Made by a program: the position numbers and the translations under genes
In this document: positions 26,948 through 35,710 of the stretch, in pieces
Numbering within the stretch: position 1 is the stretch's first letter
Layout: each line of letters opens with the position of its first letter
The notes under the pieces: model-generated
The model's input: only the letters and a program-made list of their open reading frames with translations
Databases searched by the model: none
Told to the model about the DNA's origin: nothing
DNA from: Escherichia phage dhaeg
Length of the DNA: 64,000 nt
Strand: one strand, 5' to 3'
Sequence record: MN850609.1

Positions 26948-28227
26948 TATTTTTCTAGTGGTGGAAGTTTAACACCGAGATAAGAACTCAACTGGCTTTG
27001 GTTAGCCATTTTGTCCATATCAGAACCATCAATAATGCGGGCTTCTTTATCGTCCTTAGCGACGGTATAAGGGTTTGCAGTCAATGCATAACGAGCAAGC
27101 AATGCTACTGTAGGTTGTAAGCTTTCTGGGTCAACAATAACCTTAAATTCACCTACTGAAGTATCACCTTCTTCATCAACCACATCCAAACCTTCCGTAT
27201 AAGGCGCATAATATAAAGATGCGACCGTCTGTCCTTCACCCATCTGAGCATTTACACCAACAATAACATAATCACATGGACTATTCATATCGGCATAAAG
27301 AGGTAGACCATTCTTTAATACACCATAAGCCAATTCATCTTGGTCTTCCTTTTTCTCAACCCAACCGGATGCAGCGAGAATAGCAGCACAACGAGAACTA
27401 GCTACGGCATAAGTCCCAGCGAAAGAAGTTTGACGTTGGACGGCAGAGTTCATCTCACACATGTAATAATATAATGTACGAGCACGGTCCTGGGCATTAT
27501 CATAACGTGGGTTAGTAAGGTCCAATACGCCCTTTTCAGAAACACCCTGGACTTTAAAACGAGAACTCACTGTAATTAATGACTGTAATACGTCCTTATT
27601 AATTTCTTCTGCCATTTGAATGCCTAGCAGATTTTCAATGAAATTAGGAGCATTAAACCCGTTTGATTCTAGGTCTTGGGCTAATTCGACTGTCAATGAA
27701 GTTTTCAGTTTACGTGATTTAACTTCAGATTGCCATTTGTCAATACGGAAGCCTGCTTCAGCAATTTCAGGATGGCCTTGTTCGAATTTAGAAGTAATAG
27801 CAGCATCTGATACCATACGAATATGCCCAGCGGCCACTGCTTCAGAAATAACTTCACCGAGGTCGGTTTCCGTGGTTCCGGCGAAAGGAGATGCTTCTAG
27901 AACTTTAAACACTACACTTTCAAACTGGAACATATCGCCGGCTGCATAAGCTGTAGACGAATCGGTAAATTCAGGAATATTTTCACGTTCCGACATACCA
28001 ATCTGGCCTGCAAATGTAGCGCCACCAAGATAAGTCATTTTGTCGTCAGGGTTAAGTACACGAACCCCGTACAGAGCAGCAACAGGTTGGCTTGTTTTTT
28101 GTTCAGCAACTAGGGCTTTAAAGATTCGTTTATTAGTTGCTTGGGTGTATGAAAGAAGAGCAGGACGGCCAACCGAGTTGGCAGCCGTCAATGTGGATTC
28201 TTTAATTAGGTCTATAATCTTAGACAT
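26947..28227 (-). CDS. capsid vertex protein gp24 paralogue (divergent second copy)
   Basis: 426 aa; colinear with the adjacent gp24 at roughly half identity by eye (SVGRPALL.. vs SLGRPNLV.., conserved LKTxLTVELAQDLESNGF, ANPYTVAKDDKEARIIDG); 1-nt TAATG overlap. Confidence 0.85.
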   Translation of the reverse strand: MSKIIDLIKESTLTAANSVGRPALLSYTQATNKRIFKALVAEQKTSQPVAALYGVRVLNPDDKMTYLGGATFAGQIGMSERENIPEFTDSSTAYAAGDMFQFESVVFKVLEASPFAGTTETDLGEVISEAVAAGHIRMVSDAAITSKFEQGHPEIAEAGFRIDKWQSEVKSRKLKTSLTVELAQDLESNGFNAPNFIENLLGIQMAEEINKDVLQSLITVSSRFKVQGVSEKGVLDLTNPRYDNAQDRARTLYYYMCEMNSAVQRQTSFAGTYAVASSRCAAILAASGWVEKKEDQDELAYGVLKNGLPLYADMNSPCDYVIVGVNAQMGEGQTVASLYYAPYTEGLDVVDEEGDTSVGEFKVIVDPESLQPTVALLARYALTANPYTVAKDDKEARIIDGSDMDKMANQSQLSSYLGVKLPPLEK

Positions 28228-29510
28228 TAATCAGCCTCGTAAATAATTGCTGGAAGTTTAACACCAAGCAGATAAGACATATTACTCTGACCAGCCATTA
28301 AATCCATATTGGTTGCATCGATAACACGAGCTTCTTTATCGTCTTTAGCTACGGTGTACGGGTTAGCGGACAGTGCATAACGAACCATCAGAGAAATAGA
28401 AGGCTGTAATGAATCCGGGTCGACAATAACCTTATAAGCACCAACGTGTTCTTGGTCGTCTAAATCCAGGCCTTCTGTATATGGGGCATAGAAAATAGAA
28501 CCGACAACTTCATTACCACCATAGTTCTCTTTAACACCTACGATAACATAATCCAATGGGCTGTTAACGTCACAGAACAGAGGTAATCCATTCAACAAAT
28601 AACCATAGGCCGTTTCTGGGAGCCAATTATTATCTTCAGGTCTATGTTTTAACCAGCCAGAACCTGCAAGCATTGCAGCCACACGACTTGAAGCCACAAC
28701 AAACGTACCCGAATAAGAAGTAGTTTTCTGGATTTCAGAATTCATCTCACAAACAATTTCATAAAGTTTACGTGCAGATTCTGGAGCACTATCATAAGTC
28801 AAATCGATGATGCCATTATCAGATACACCCGTAACTTTATAGCGTTTGGATACGGTTATTAGAGATTGCAGAACATCTTTATTAATTTCATCTGCCATTA
28901 CTGTAGCCAGGAGGTCTTCTAAGAATGCAGGGGCGTCGAAGCCATTTGATTCCATATCCTGTGCTAATTCTACGGTCAAAGCAGTCTTCAATTTACGGGT
29001 CTTAACAGGGGCATTCCATTTATTAACCTGGAATACAGCATCAGAGATTTCTACATCACTCTCTTCAAATTTAGTGGTATGGGCTGCATCAGGAACCAAA
29101 CGACACGTTAATGACACCAAACCTTCTTGAAGAGCATCGGCCAATTCTGTAGCGCTAGTGGATGCGAGTGGGCTTGCTTGAAGAGCCTTATAAACCACAT
29201 TCTGATACTTAAAGTAGTCACCCTTGGCAATCGCCTGGGCTTTATCTGTGAGTTCCGGGATAGTTTCACGGTCTTTAGAACCAACTTCACCACCATAAAC
29301 TGCACCGGTTTGGAAACTGAATTCATTATCAGGGGTAAGATATTTGACACCATACAACGCAGCGATAGGTTGGTTTGTACGTTGTTCAGCGATGATATCG
29401 CGATAAATTAGTTTAGTGGTAGCACGGGTCAAAGCAACAAGATTAGGGCGACCCAATGAGTTGCTGGTAGTAGTTGTTGACTCGCGCAGTAATTCGTTAA
29501 TCTTTGCCAT
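28227..29510 (-). CDS. 24: capsid vertex protein gp24
   Basis: 427 aa; MAKINELLRESTTT...SIFYAPYTEGLDLDD...LGVKLP closely matches remembered T4 gp24; LRE near the N-terminus consistent with gp21 processing. Confidence 0.92.
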   Translation of the reverse strand: MAKINELLRESTTTTSNSLGRPNLVALTRATTKLIYRDIIAEQRTNQPIAALYGVKYLTPDNEFSFQTGAVYGGEVGSKDRETIPELTDKAQAIAKGDYFKYQNVVYKALQASPLASTSATELADALQEGLVSLTCRLVPDAAHTTKFEESDVEISDAVFQVNKWNAPVKTRKLKTALTVELAQDMESNGFDAPAFLEDLLATVMADEINKDVLQSLITVSKRYKVTGVSDNGIIDLTYDSAPESARKLYEIVCEMNSEIQKTTSYSGTFVVASSRVAAMLAGSGWLKHRPEDNNWLPETAYGYLLNGLPLFCDVNSPLDYVIVGVKENYGGNEVVGSIFYAPYTEGLDLDDQEHVGAYKVIVDPDSLQPSISLMVRYALSANPYTVAKDDKEARVIDATNMDLMAGQSNMSYLLGVKLPAIIYEAD

Positions 29511-29538
29511 TGCGCTTTCCTTATTGAGGGTATATGTT

Positions 29539-29546
29539 TATTTATA
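29539..29546 (-). promoter_or_regulatory. late promoter TATAAATA for gene 24
   Basis: Reverse complement of tatttata about 29 nt upstream of the gene 24 ATG. Confidence 0.6.
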
Positions 29547-29598
29547 AAAGTTGTTTACAGCAAGGTTCCCACGTGTTACTATAGTACAGAAACAAGAA

Positions 29599-29618
29599 TG
29601 GGAGACCGAAGTCTCCCA
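29599..29618 (-). terminator. hairpin tgggagac-NNNN-gtctccca after gene 23
   Basis: 8-bp stem 16 nt past the gene 23 stop; T-rich on the minus strand after the stem. Confidence 0.6.
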
Positions 29619-29633
29619 TAATAAGGTTAGGTC

Positions 29634-31193
29634 TTAGATACCTTTAACATAAACGCGACGGAAGTAACCATTCAGACCGAGGCTGTTAACGATGTCCGGC
29701 ATACCATTCTGAATACGTTTGGTAGGTGCCTGAGCAGCTGGGTCAGCGAACGGGTTAATACCGATACCGTAACGAGTTTTGAAGCCCATTACCGGCTGGA
29801 AGTTCTTCGGATCGGAACCGCGCAGTGGGGTCAGTGCAACGTAAGGGGCGTAGTAGATACCTGCGTCCATTTCGTTGGAACCTTTATAACCGATGGTGAA
29901 GTAATCAGCACGGGCATACTGGTCGATGTAAACGCGATATTTACCACCAAGAACACCGGCAAATACTGCTTTAGTGGTGTCAACGTTGAAACCTTGACCC
30001 AGACCTTGAGCTGCATAACTTACAGAAGTATCAACTGCAGCCAGTACGTTAACTACGTTACGGGAAGCGATGATGAAGTTACCAGCACCACGACCGGTCT
30101 GACGAGCGATTTCGGCTGCTTCTTTATCAATCTGGAACAGAAGGGCTTTAAAGCTCTCACCGGCCCAACGAGCACCACGGATATCGATCGGGTCCTGGAA
30201 GTCAAACACACCAGCTTTAGCGCCAACGGTGTTGGTCATACCAGATTTACCAACCTGTGCAGAGTAGTTAATCCAATCAATAACTTCACGGTTGATTTCG
30301 AGCATAATTTCGGTAGCAAGGATACCGGACAGTTCAGCATCTGCATCCATACCGTGTACTGCACGAAGGTCCTGTGCCAGTTCGATGGAGTAACTTGCTT
30401 TCAGCTGACGGGATTTAGCTTCGATAACTTGTTTATCGATACGGAAGCCCATTTCGTTCCACGGGTTGTCCTGAGAACCGTTAAAGCCTTCCTGAAGTTC
30501 AGCGATAGAAGTAGCCATACCTTCAGCCAATTCAGCCAGCTGACCAGCTTCCAACAGAGAGGTTACGGCAACATCCAGTTTAGCAGCATCGGTAGCAGCA
30601 GCATCAACGGTTACGGCTTCAACAGCCTGGAAGTGTGCAGAACCGGTAGCTTCGAAGAAGTGAGAATAAATTTTACCAACTTCCAGAACTTTACCTGCAG
30701 CCAGTGCTTCAAAAGTCTGAGCAGCACCCTGACCAGAGAACATAGCATTCGGAGCATACATCGGGTGGAAAGCTTCTTTAGCGCCAGCAGCGATAGGGTC
30801 TTTACCGTATACTGCGCGCAGTGCAAATACCTGGCCGGTAGGGTTATTCAGAGGCTGAACACCACAAATATCAAAAGCAATCAGATGAGGAATAGCACGA
30901 CGAACCATACCCATTACTGCCGGCCCAATCTGAGTTACAGCACCAGAGGTCTGGCCAGCTGCGATATTGGTAGCATCATAACCGTGGTCACCACCGATTT
31001 CAGCTTCAGTCAGGAAAGAACCAAATGCTTCGGAGATTTTTTCGTCACGATATTCAGGAGCGGTCAGAATATCTTGTTCCTGGTTTTCAAAGATTTTAGC
31101 GATGATAGCTTGTTTAGAAGCACCAACGATTTCAGGAAGAGCTTCGTTTTCCAGCAGAGCGGACCATTTTTGTACTAATGCATTCTTTTTCAT
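29634..31193 (-). CDS. 23: major capsid protein gp23
   Basis: 519 aa; long near-identical stretches to remembered T4 gp23 (AIIAKIFENQE..., GDHGY.ATNIAAGQTSGAVTQIGPAVMGMVRRAIP, ...FRRVYVKGI). Confidence 0.97.
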   Translation of the reverse strand: MKKNALVQKWSALLENEALPEIVGASKQAIIAKIFENQEQDILTAPEYRDEKISEAFGSFLTEAEIGGDHGYDATNIAAGQTSGAVTQIGPAVMGMVRRAIPHLIAFDICGVQPLNNPTGQVFALRAVYGKDPIAAGAKEAFHPMYAPNAMFSGQGAAQTFEALAAGKVLEVGKIYSHFFEATGSAHFQAVEAVTVDAAATDAAKLDVAVTSLLEAGQLAELAEGMATSIAELQEGFNGSQDNPWNEMGFRIDKQVIEAKSRQLKASYSIELAQDLRAVHGMDADAELSGILATEIMLEINREVIDWINYSAQVGKSGMTNTVGAKAGVFDFQDPIDIRGARWAGESFKALLFQIDKEAAEIARQTGRGAGNFIIASRNVVNVLAAVDTSVSYAAQGLGQGFNVDTTKAVFAGVLGGKYRVYIDQYARADYFTIGYKGSNEMDAGIYYAPYVALTPLRGSDPKNFQPVMGFKTRYGIGINPFADPAAQAPTKRIQNGMPDIVNSLGLNGYFRRVYVKGI

Positions 31194-31214
31194 GTGTTGT
31201 ATAACCTTATTAAA

Positions 31215-32030
31215 TTAAGAAATTCGAGATGCTGCGATTGCAGACAGGTCCGCGAAGGACAGGGTAGGCTTAGCGCCTTTTTCTTCAACTGCTTCCGAAA
31301 TATAATTCAGTGCTGCAGCATCGTCTTCAGTTTTATTTATAGCGGCTTCAGTGATTGGTTTTTCAACGTCGGTCTGACCCTTAACCATTTCAACGATAGC
31401 GCCAATTTTTTTACCAAATGCATCGGAATAATCCATGCCTTCTACCAGAGAACTAACTTTTTCTTTCTGAGATTCAGTCAGGTCTTTGGTTGCTTCCATA
31501 ACAGCTTGTTCACGCTGTACGTAATTAATATATGCGTCACGCTTGCCAACTTCTTCGAACAAACGAGCGGTTTCAGCTTTCTGTTCAGCCAATTCTTCTT
31601 CCATTTCAGCGACAACGTCTACTGCTTCTTCTGGAACAACCACGTTATGTTCAACAAACAGTTCTTTCATACCCATCAACATGGATTCGAACAGTTCGGC
31701 TTTAATACCTTTATCAACAGCCAGCTGGTTTTCAGCCATCCATTCTTTAGCGACGTGGTCAAGGAAACGACCGGCAGCTTCTTGGATTTTCTTATCAGCT
31801 TTTTCTTCAGCTTCTTCTTTATTTTTCTCAACTTCTTCTTCCGCTTTTTCAGCGATTTTAGCGATATGAGATTCAGCCAGTTTAACGGCGTGTTGCTTGA
31901 CGGTAGCTTCGAATACAGTGCCGAAAGTTTCTTTTGCTTCCGGAGAAATATTAACTGATTCGAAAATACTGTCAAGAGCAACGGAAGCATCAATATTCTG
32001 TGCTTCGGCGATCAGTTGTTCTTTAAGCAT
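31215..32030 (-). CDS. 22: prohead core scaffold protein gp22
   Basis: 271 aa; acidic, Lys/Glu-rich coiled-coil scaffold; between 21 and 23. Confidence 0.85.
   Translation of the reverse strand: MLKEQLIAEAQNIDASVALDSIFESVNISPEAKETFGTVFEATVKQHAVKLAESHIAKIAEKAEEEVEKNKEEAEEKADKKIQEAAGRFLDHVAKEWMAENQLAVDKGIKAELFESMLMGMKELFVEHNVVVPEEAVDVVAEMEEELAEQKAETARLFEEVGKRDAYINYVQREQAVMEATKDLTESQKEKVSSLVEGMDYSDAFGKKIGAIVEMVKGQTDVEKPITEAAINKTEDDAAALNYISEAVEEKGAKPTLSFADLSAIAASRIS
31334..31341 (-). promoter_or_regulatory. candidate late promoter TATAAATA for gene 23, inside the gene 22 coding region
   Basis: Reverse complement of tatttata about 140 nt upstream of the gene 23 ATG; T4 is remembered to have its gene 23 late promoter inside gene 22. 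Confidence 0.45.
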
Positions 32031-32057
32031 TTTGTAGTCCTGTTGTTTAGATAATAA

Positions 32058-32065
32058 TATTTATA
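32058..32065 (-). promoter_or_regulatory. late promoter TATAAATA for gene 22, overlapping the gene 21 stop
   Basis: Reverse complement of tatttata about 28 nt upstream of the gene 22 ATG. Confidence 0.55.
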
Positions 32066-32696
32066 ACGCTTTTTTCATGGCCTCTGCGAGAGCCATAAAG
32101 GCGTCATCGGCACTGGTATCGGTATCTACCGTTTGTGATTCTGTAATTTGTTTAGGAGTTACATAAGCATCAGGAGCAGATGGACCCCATACTGCATCAA
32201 CACCGACGGTTAATTTATAACCTTCGTTTACACGCTTATATCCTTTATTGGTTTCAGTTAAAGAACCTAGACCACGAGAACTAACACCAGGCACCCAACC
32301 GGCTCTAATATTAGCAGCTAGTTTATCACCAGGACCATGGTCGCCTTCAATAATACGAGCACGTCCATAAACGTCATTACCTTTCCACCACATATCTTCA
32401 ATAATAATAGCGGCTTGCATAGGGTCGACGTTAGCACGAGGCGGATGATTTAATTCTCCTAAAGCTTGTTTAGTAGCAACCTGTTCTGCCATATAATCAG
32501 CAACAGCTTTTTCCAAAATAGGTTTTGGATAAAGGCGTTTATTACGGTTAACCACTTCGGCTTGCATGAATATGCCTTCTATATAAAGGCCCGGGGCAAG
32601 TCCAGAATCTTTTCCATCATGAGATTCCAACATCGGAACCCCATCGATAATTTCACCTGGTTGTCCCCAATGTTCGATGAGCAATTCAGGTTTCAT
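32061..32696 (-). CDS. 21: prohead protease gp21
   Basis: 211 aa (T4 gp21 about 212); position 68-21-22. Confidence 0.88.
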   Translation of the reverse strand: MKPELLIEHWGQPGEIIDGVPMLESHDGKDSGLAPGLYIEGIFMQAEVVNRNKRLYPKPILEKAVADYMAEQVATKQALGELNHPPRANVDPMQAAIIIEDMWWKGNDVYGRARIIEGDHGPGDKLAANIRAGWVPGVSSRGLGSLTETNKGYKRVNEGYKLTVGVDAVWGPSAPDAYVTPKQITESQTVDTDTSADDAFMALAEAMKKAL

Positions 32697-33124
32697 TAGT
32701 TAAGTCCAAAGGCTTTACGTTTAGAACGAGCTTTCTTACGCTTACGTTCAGCACGTACTTGAGTAGACGGGTTAGCACGTTTGGTTTTAGACGCTTTGCG
32801 AGCAATCTGACGGCGTTTTGCTTTAGACAACCCAGTCGTTTGATAAGCGTTGCGTTGACGGGTTTTAATATCTTTAGTACGAGTAAGCTCACCTTTAGAA
32901 GAGACGTGCTTAACGATAAATTCGTTAAGAGCCATATTTTCATTCAAAGAGGCAATGGCGATAGCTGTATCGATATCACCATCAGCAATCATGTTCTCTA
33001 CAAGATTATTTATATCGCTTTTCTCGAGGGCTTCAGAAAGAGTAGCAAAACGTCCCTGTGCTTCTGGAATTTTGGCCTCTACGCTTTCTAGAGTTAATTC
33101 GTAATCATCAGGGATAAGGAACAT
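32696..33124 (-). CDS. 68: prohead core protein gp68
   Basis: 142 aa with basic C-terminal tail; size and order match T4 gene 68. Confidence 0.7.
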   Translation of the reverse strand: MFLIPDDYELTLESVEAKIPEAQGRFATLSEALEKSDINNLVENMIADGDIDTAIAIASLNENMALNEFIVKHVSSKGELTRTKDIKTRQRNAYQTTGLSKAKRRQIARKASKTKRANPSTQVRAERKRKKARSKRKAFGLN

Positions 33125-33402
33125 TATTCGTCGTCCTCGTCTTCATCATCATCGCCGTCATCACCTTCATCCGCATCGTCAGATTCTTTTTTGTCTTTCT
33201 TATCTGCTTTATCGGATTTTTCGTCTTTATCTTCGTCTTCGTCATCTTCGTCGGCTTCTTCGCCTTCAATCATAACGGAGCGAGCAATTTCTGCTTTACG
33301 GGCTTCAATCAAAGCGGCTACTCGAGATTCGATAAGCGGGGCTGCTGCTTTACGAACTGCTACGAGGTCGTTTGATTTAATAGCTTCGATTAAATCTTCC
33401 AT
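33124..33402 (-). CDS. 67: prohead core protein gp67 (highly acidic)
   Basis: 92 aa ending in a poly-Asp/Glu tract; order 20-67-68-21 as in T4. Confidence 0.7.
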   Translation of the reverse strand: MEDLIEAIKSNDLVAVRKAAAPLIESRVAALIEARKAEIARSVMIEGEEADEDDEDEDKDEKSDKADKKDKKESDDADEGDDGDDDEDEDDE

Positions 33403-34976
33403 TAGAAATCCTCTTCTTCTTCATCTGGGTTTTGGAAACGAGCCTCTTTAGACTCTTCTTCAATTTGCTTAGCTTCTTGATTAATTTCTTCGTCAGTCAT
33501 CTGAAGGAAATCTTTCATAGCCGTTTGATGTGAAATATACTTACCAATAAATGGTTCAGCCATCGTTAGCATATTGATTCTGCGTTCCATGATTTCCGCA
33601 TCTTTCATTTCACTGAAATAGCTATCACGATTGAACGTAACTTTAATATTATTTATTTCCTTTTCCCACTCATCTTCTGTAATAATCTTTTTAAGAATGA
33701 GGTTTGTTTTTAACGGGTCTAGGAAAATTTCTTCAAATTTGTTTTGTAGCTGGCGAATCCATTTAGCAAATTTCAACTCATCACGAGTGATTGCTGTACC
33801 GGCATCAAACATAACGCCTGAATTAGATTCACTAGGGATACGTGACTCTGGAATACGCAGTGCACGATAAAGTGCTGTGCGGAAATAAAGAACATCATCC
33901 ATATCACTCATACCAGTAGCACCTGGCATTGTATCAACTTCTGTTACCGCTTTACCGTCACGACGTTGCAACCAATAGTCTTCAGTCATAGACATATTAT
34001 GTTGTTGGTTTTTAATTTTACCTGTCGAAGCATCATACACCACACGGTTTTTCATCGTGTTCATGATATGTTGCATTTGTGCTGCAGCCTTACGTGAAGG
34101 CATATTACCTGTATCGATATAAAACACACGACGGTCAGGAGCACGTGTAATACGGTAGATGACCATTGCGTCTTCCATCAATTTAAGCTGGTTTGCAGGC
34201 TTAATAGCACGTTGCAAATAGCCAATGATGTTTTTACCGCAACAATCTAATAATCCGGAATGTGCATAAACTACGGCAGCACGAGGAATTTTAACTTTAG
34301 TCCCGGCTGAATAAATGCGTCCATCAGCGCAATAACTTTCATGGCCTGTGTCGTAAACGAAAAACTCGCGATACCCGTCTACAATTTTAACGCCGTCTTC
34401 CATACGTGTAACGATTTCACGAATATATTGGACTTGGCGCGGGTCTAAGCGTCGAAGCTCTTGTACGCCATCTTTCATTTTTTTAGGGTTTATAATTTTA
34501 TGAAAGAATATTCTCGAGTCTACATACCAACGTTGGAAATGGTCAGTGCCTTTACGTTGGAAATTTAAAAGGTTTAAAACTTCACTAAATTCAGCCAAAA
34601 TTTTATCTTTAATTGATTGACTAAATTCCGTGCCGTCTAAATTCAATGCAACTACTTCTTTATCATCCTCGTAGACAATAGCGTCAGACACAATTTCTTG
34701 AACGGCATTGTCGACTTCATAGTTGTTCATCAAATTACGGTAGGTATCAATGAGTTCCCTGGTGTTTTTAACTTCAGGCTCATTACTACCAAACATTTGT
34801 TGCATAAGAGCATTATAAGGAATATTTTGCTCTTGGGTTTCAATTTCGCGAGCGCCATCATCAAGCTTAGGTGCAGTGACAGACTCTAAATTGTTATTTA
34901 ATTGTTGTTTATATTCTTTTTCGTCTTCATTAGCCCATGGCTTAAGAAAACTTAATATTGTATTAAAGTTTGCCAT
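33402..34976 (-). CDS. 20: portal vertex protein gp20
   Basis: 524 aa (T4 gp20 about 524); GGAG SD; position after gene 19. Confidence 0.95.
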   Translation of the reverse strand: MANFNTILSFLKPWANEDEKEYKQQLNNNLESVTAPKLDDGAREIETQEQNIPYNALMQQMFGSNEPEVKNTRELIDTYRNLMNNYEVDNAVQEIVSDAIVYEDDKEVVALNLDGTEFSQSIKDKILAEFSEVLNLLNFQRKGTDHFQRWYVDSRIFFHKIINPKKMKDGVQELRRLDPRQVQYIREIVTRMEDGVKIVDGYREFFVYDTGHESYCADGRIYSAGTKVKIPRAAVVYAHSGLLDCCGKNIIGYLQRAIKPANQLKLMEDAMVIYRITRAPDRRVFYIDTGNMPSRKAAAQMQHIMNTMKNRVVYDASTGKIKNQQHNMSMTEDYWLQRRDGKAVTEVDTMPGATGMSDMDDVLYFRTALYRALRIPESRIPSESNSGVMFDAGTAITRDELKFAKWIRQLQNKFEEIFLDPLKTNLILKKIITEDEWEKEINNIKVTFNRDSYFSEMKDAEIMERRINMLTMAEPFIGKYISHQTAMKDFLQMTDEEINQEAKQIEEESKEARFQNPDEEEEDF

Positions 34977-35000
34977 TAGAGTCTCCGATGAATGGGATAA

Positions 35001-35014
35001 GGAGCCGAAGCTCC
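35001..35014 (-). other. hairpin ggagc-NNNN-gctcc in the gene 20 leader
   Basis: 5-bp GC stem between the late promoter and the gene 20 RBS. Confidence 0.4.
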
Positions 35015-35024
35015 TTTATAATTC

Positions 35025-35032
35025 TATTTATA
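35025..35032 (-). promoter_or_regulatory. late promoter TATAAATA for gene 20
   Basis: Reverse complement of tatttata between the gene 19 stop and the gene 20 start. Confidence 0.6.
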
Positions 35033-35033
35033 C

Positions 35034-35537
35034 TCATTCCCACCAATCGATAGCGAACGTAGATTCGAAAGTTTCTACCTCGTTGTTTGAATCCCAATCC
35101 ATCTGGACTTCACCAACGTTAGTAGGCCATAAGCCATAAATTGTAACTTCTTTAGTCACAGTCTTACCATCACGGTGGAACTGTCGAACAATTGCTTGTT
35201 TCTTATATTCTGCAGGTGCAGCACCGGTAATTTCATTGGTCATACCGTGGCAGAGGTTTTGCCAATCGACAATTGCCTGACGGGTGTCATGGGCATCATC
35301 GTTATAAATGGTAATAGTCCAATCATCAAACGTACGGTCGCCAGCTACGTTAATTTTACGGTTCATGTAGCCAACCGGTACTTTTTCTACAATGCCTGCC
35401 GGCATAGGTGCTGCTTTACATTTAAAGCTAAAGTTTTTACCAAGAAATGGAATTTCCACTTCGAAAAGGTTAGGGCGTGCAAAGTCACCTGACTCAAACG
35501 CACGAGTGATATCTGTCAACTCCATGGGATGCCTCAT
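35034..35537 (-). CDS. 19: tail tube protein gp19
   Basis: 167 aa (T4 gp19 about 163); between 18 and 20. Confidence 0.9.
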   Translation of the reverse strand: MRHPMELTDITRAFESGDFARPNLFEVEIPFLGKNFSFKCKAAPMPAGIVEKVPVGYMNRKINVAGDRTFDDWTITIYNDDAHDTRQAIVDWQNLCHGMTNEITGAAPAEYKKQAIVRQFHRDGKTVTKEVTIYGLWPTNVGEVQMDWDSNNEVETFESTFAIDWWE

Positions 35538-35543
35538 AAGTCA

Positions 35544-35564
35544 GTTCCTGGCCACACCAGGAAC
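35544..35564 (-). other. 5' UTR hairpin (gttcctgg-ccaca-ccaggaac) overlapping the gene 19 RBS
   Basis: 8-bp perfect stem between the late promoter and the ATG; the AGGAA SD lies within the stem. Confidence 0.5.
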
Positions 35565-35577
35565 GTTCTGATTAATT

Positions 35578-35585
35578 TATTTATA
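35578..35585 (-). promoter_or_regulatory. late promoter TATAAATA for gene 19
   Basis: Reverse complement of tatttata about 40 nt upstream of the gene 19 ATG. Confidence 0.6.
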
Positions 35586-35710
35586 ACAGTTGATAAATCA
35601 TATTCCTGATAGTTAATCAATCCCAGGCGCAATTCTACGTGATGTACGCTGTAACCAAACCCATGGTATAATGGTTTTAGGTTCTTTATATTACAGCCTG
35701 GGATAATAGA

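Noticed and set aside
29994-31178. 394-aa plus-strand ORF antisense to gene 23
   Set aside because: Lies entirely inside the gp23 coding region on the opposite strand, has low-complexity composition, and gp23 identity is unambiguous; shadow ORF.
31194-31958. 254-aa plus-strand ORF antisense to gene 22
   Set aside because: Phe/Ser-rich shadow of the Lys/Glu-rich gp22 frame; no independent signals.
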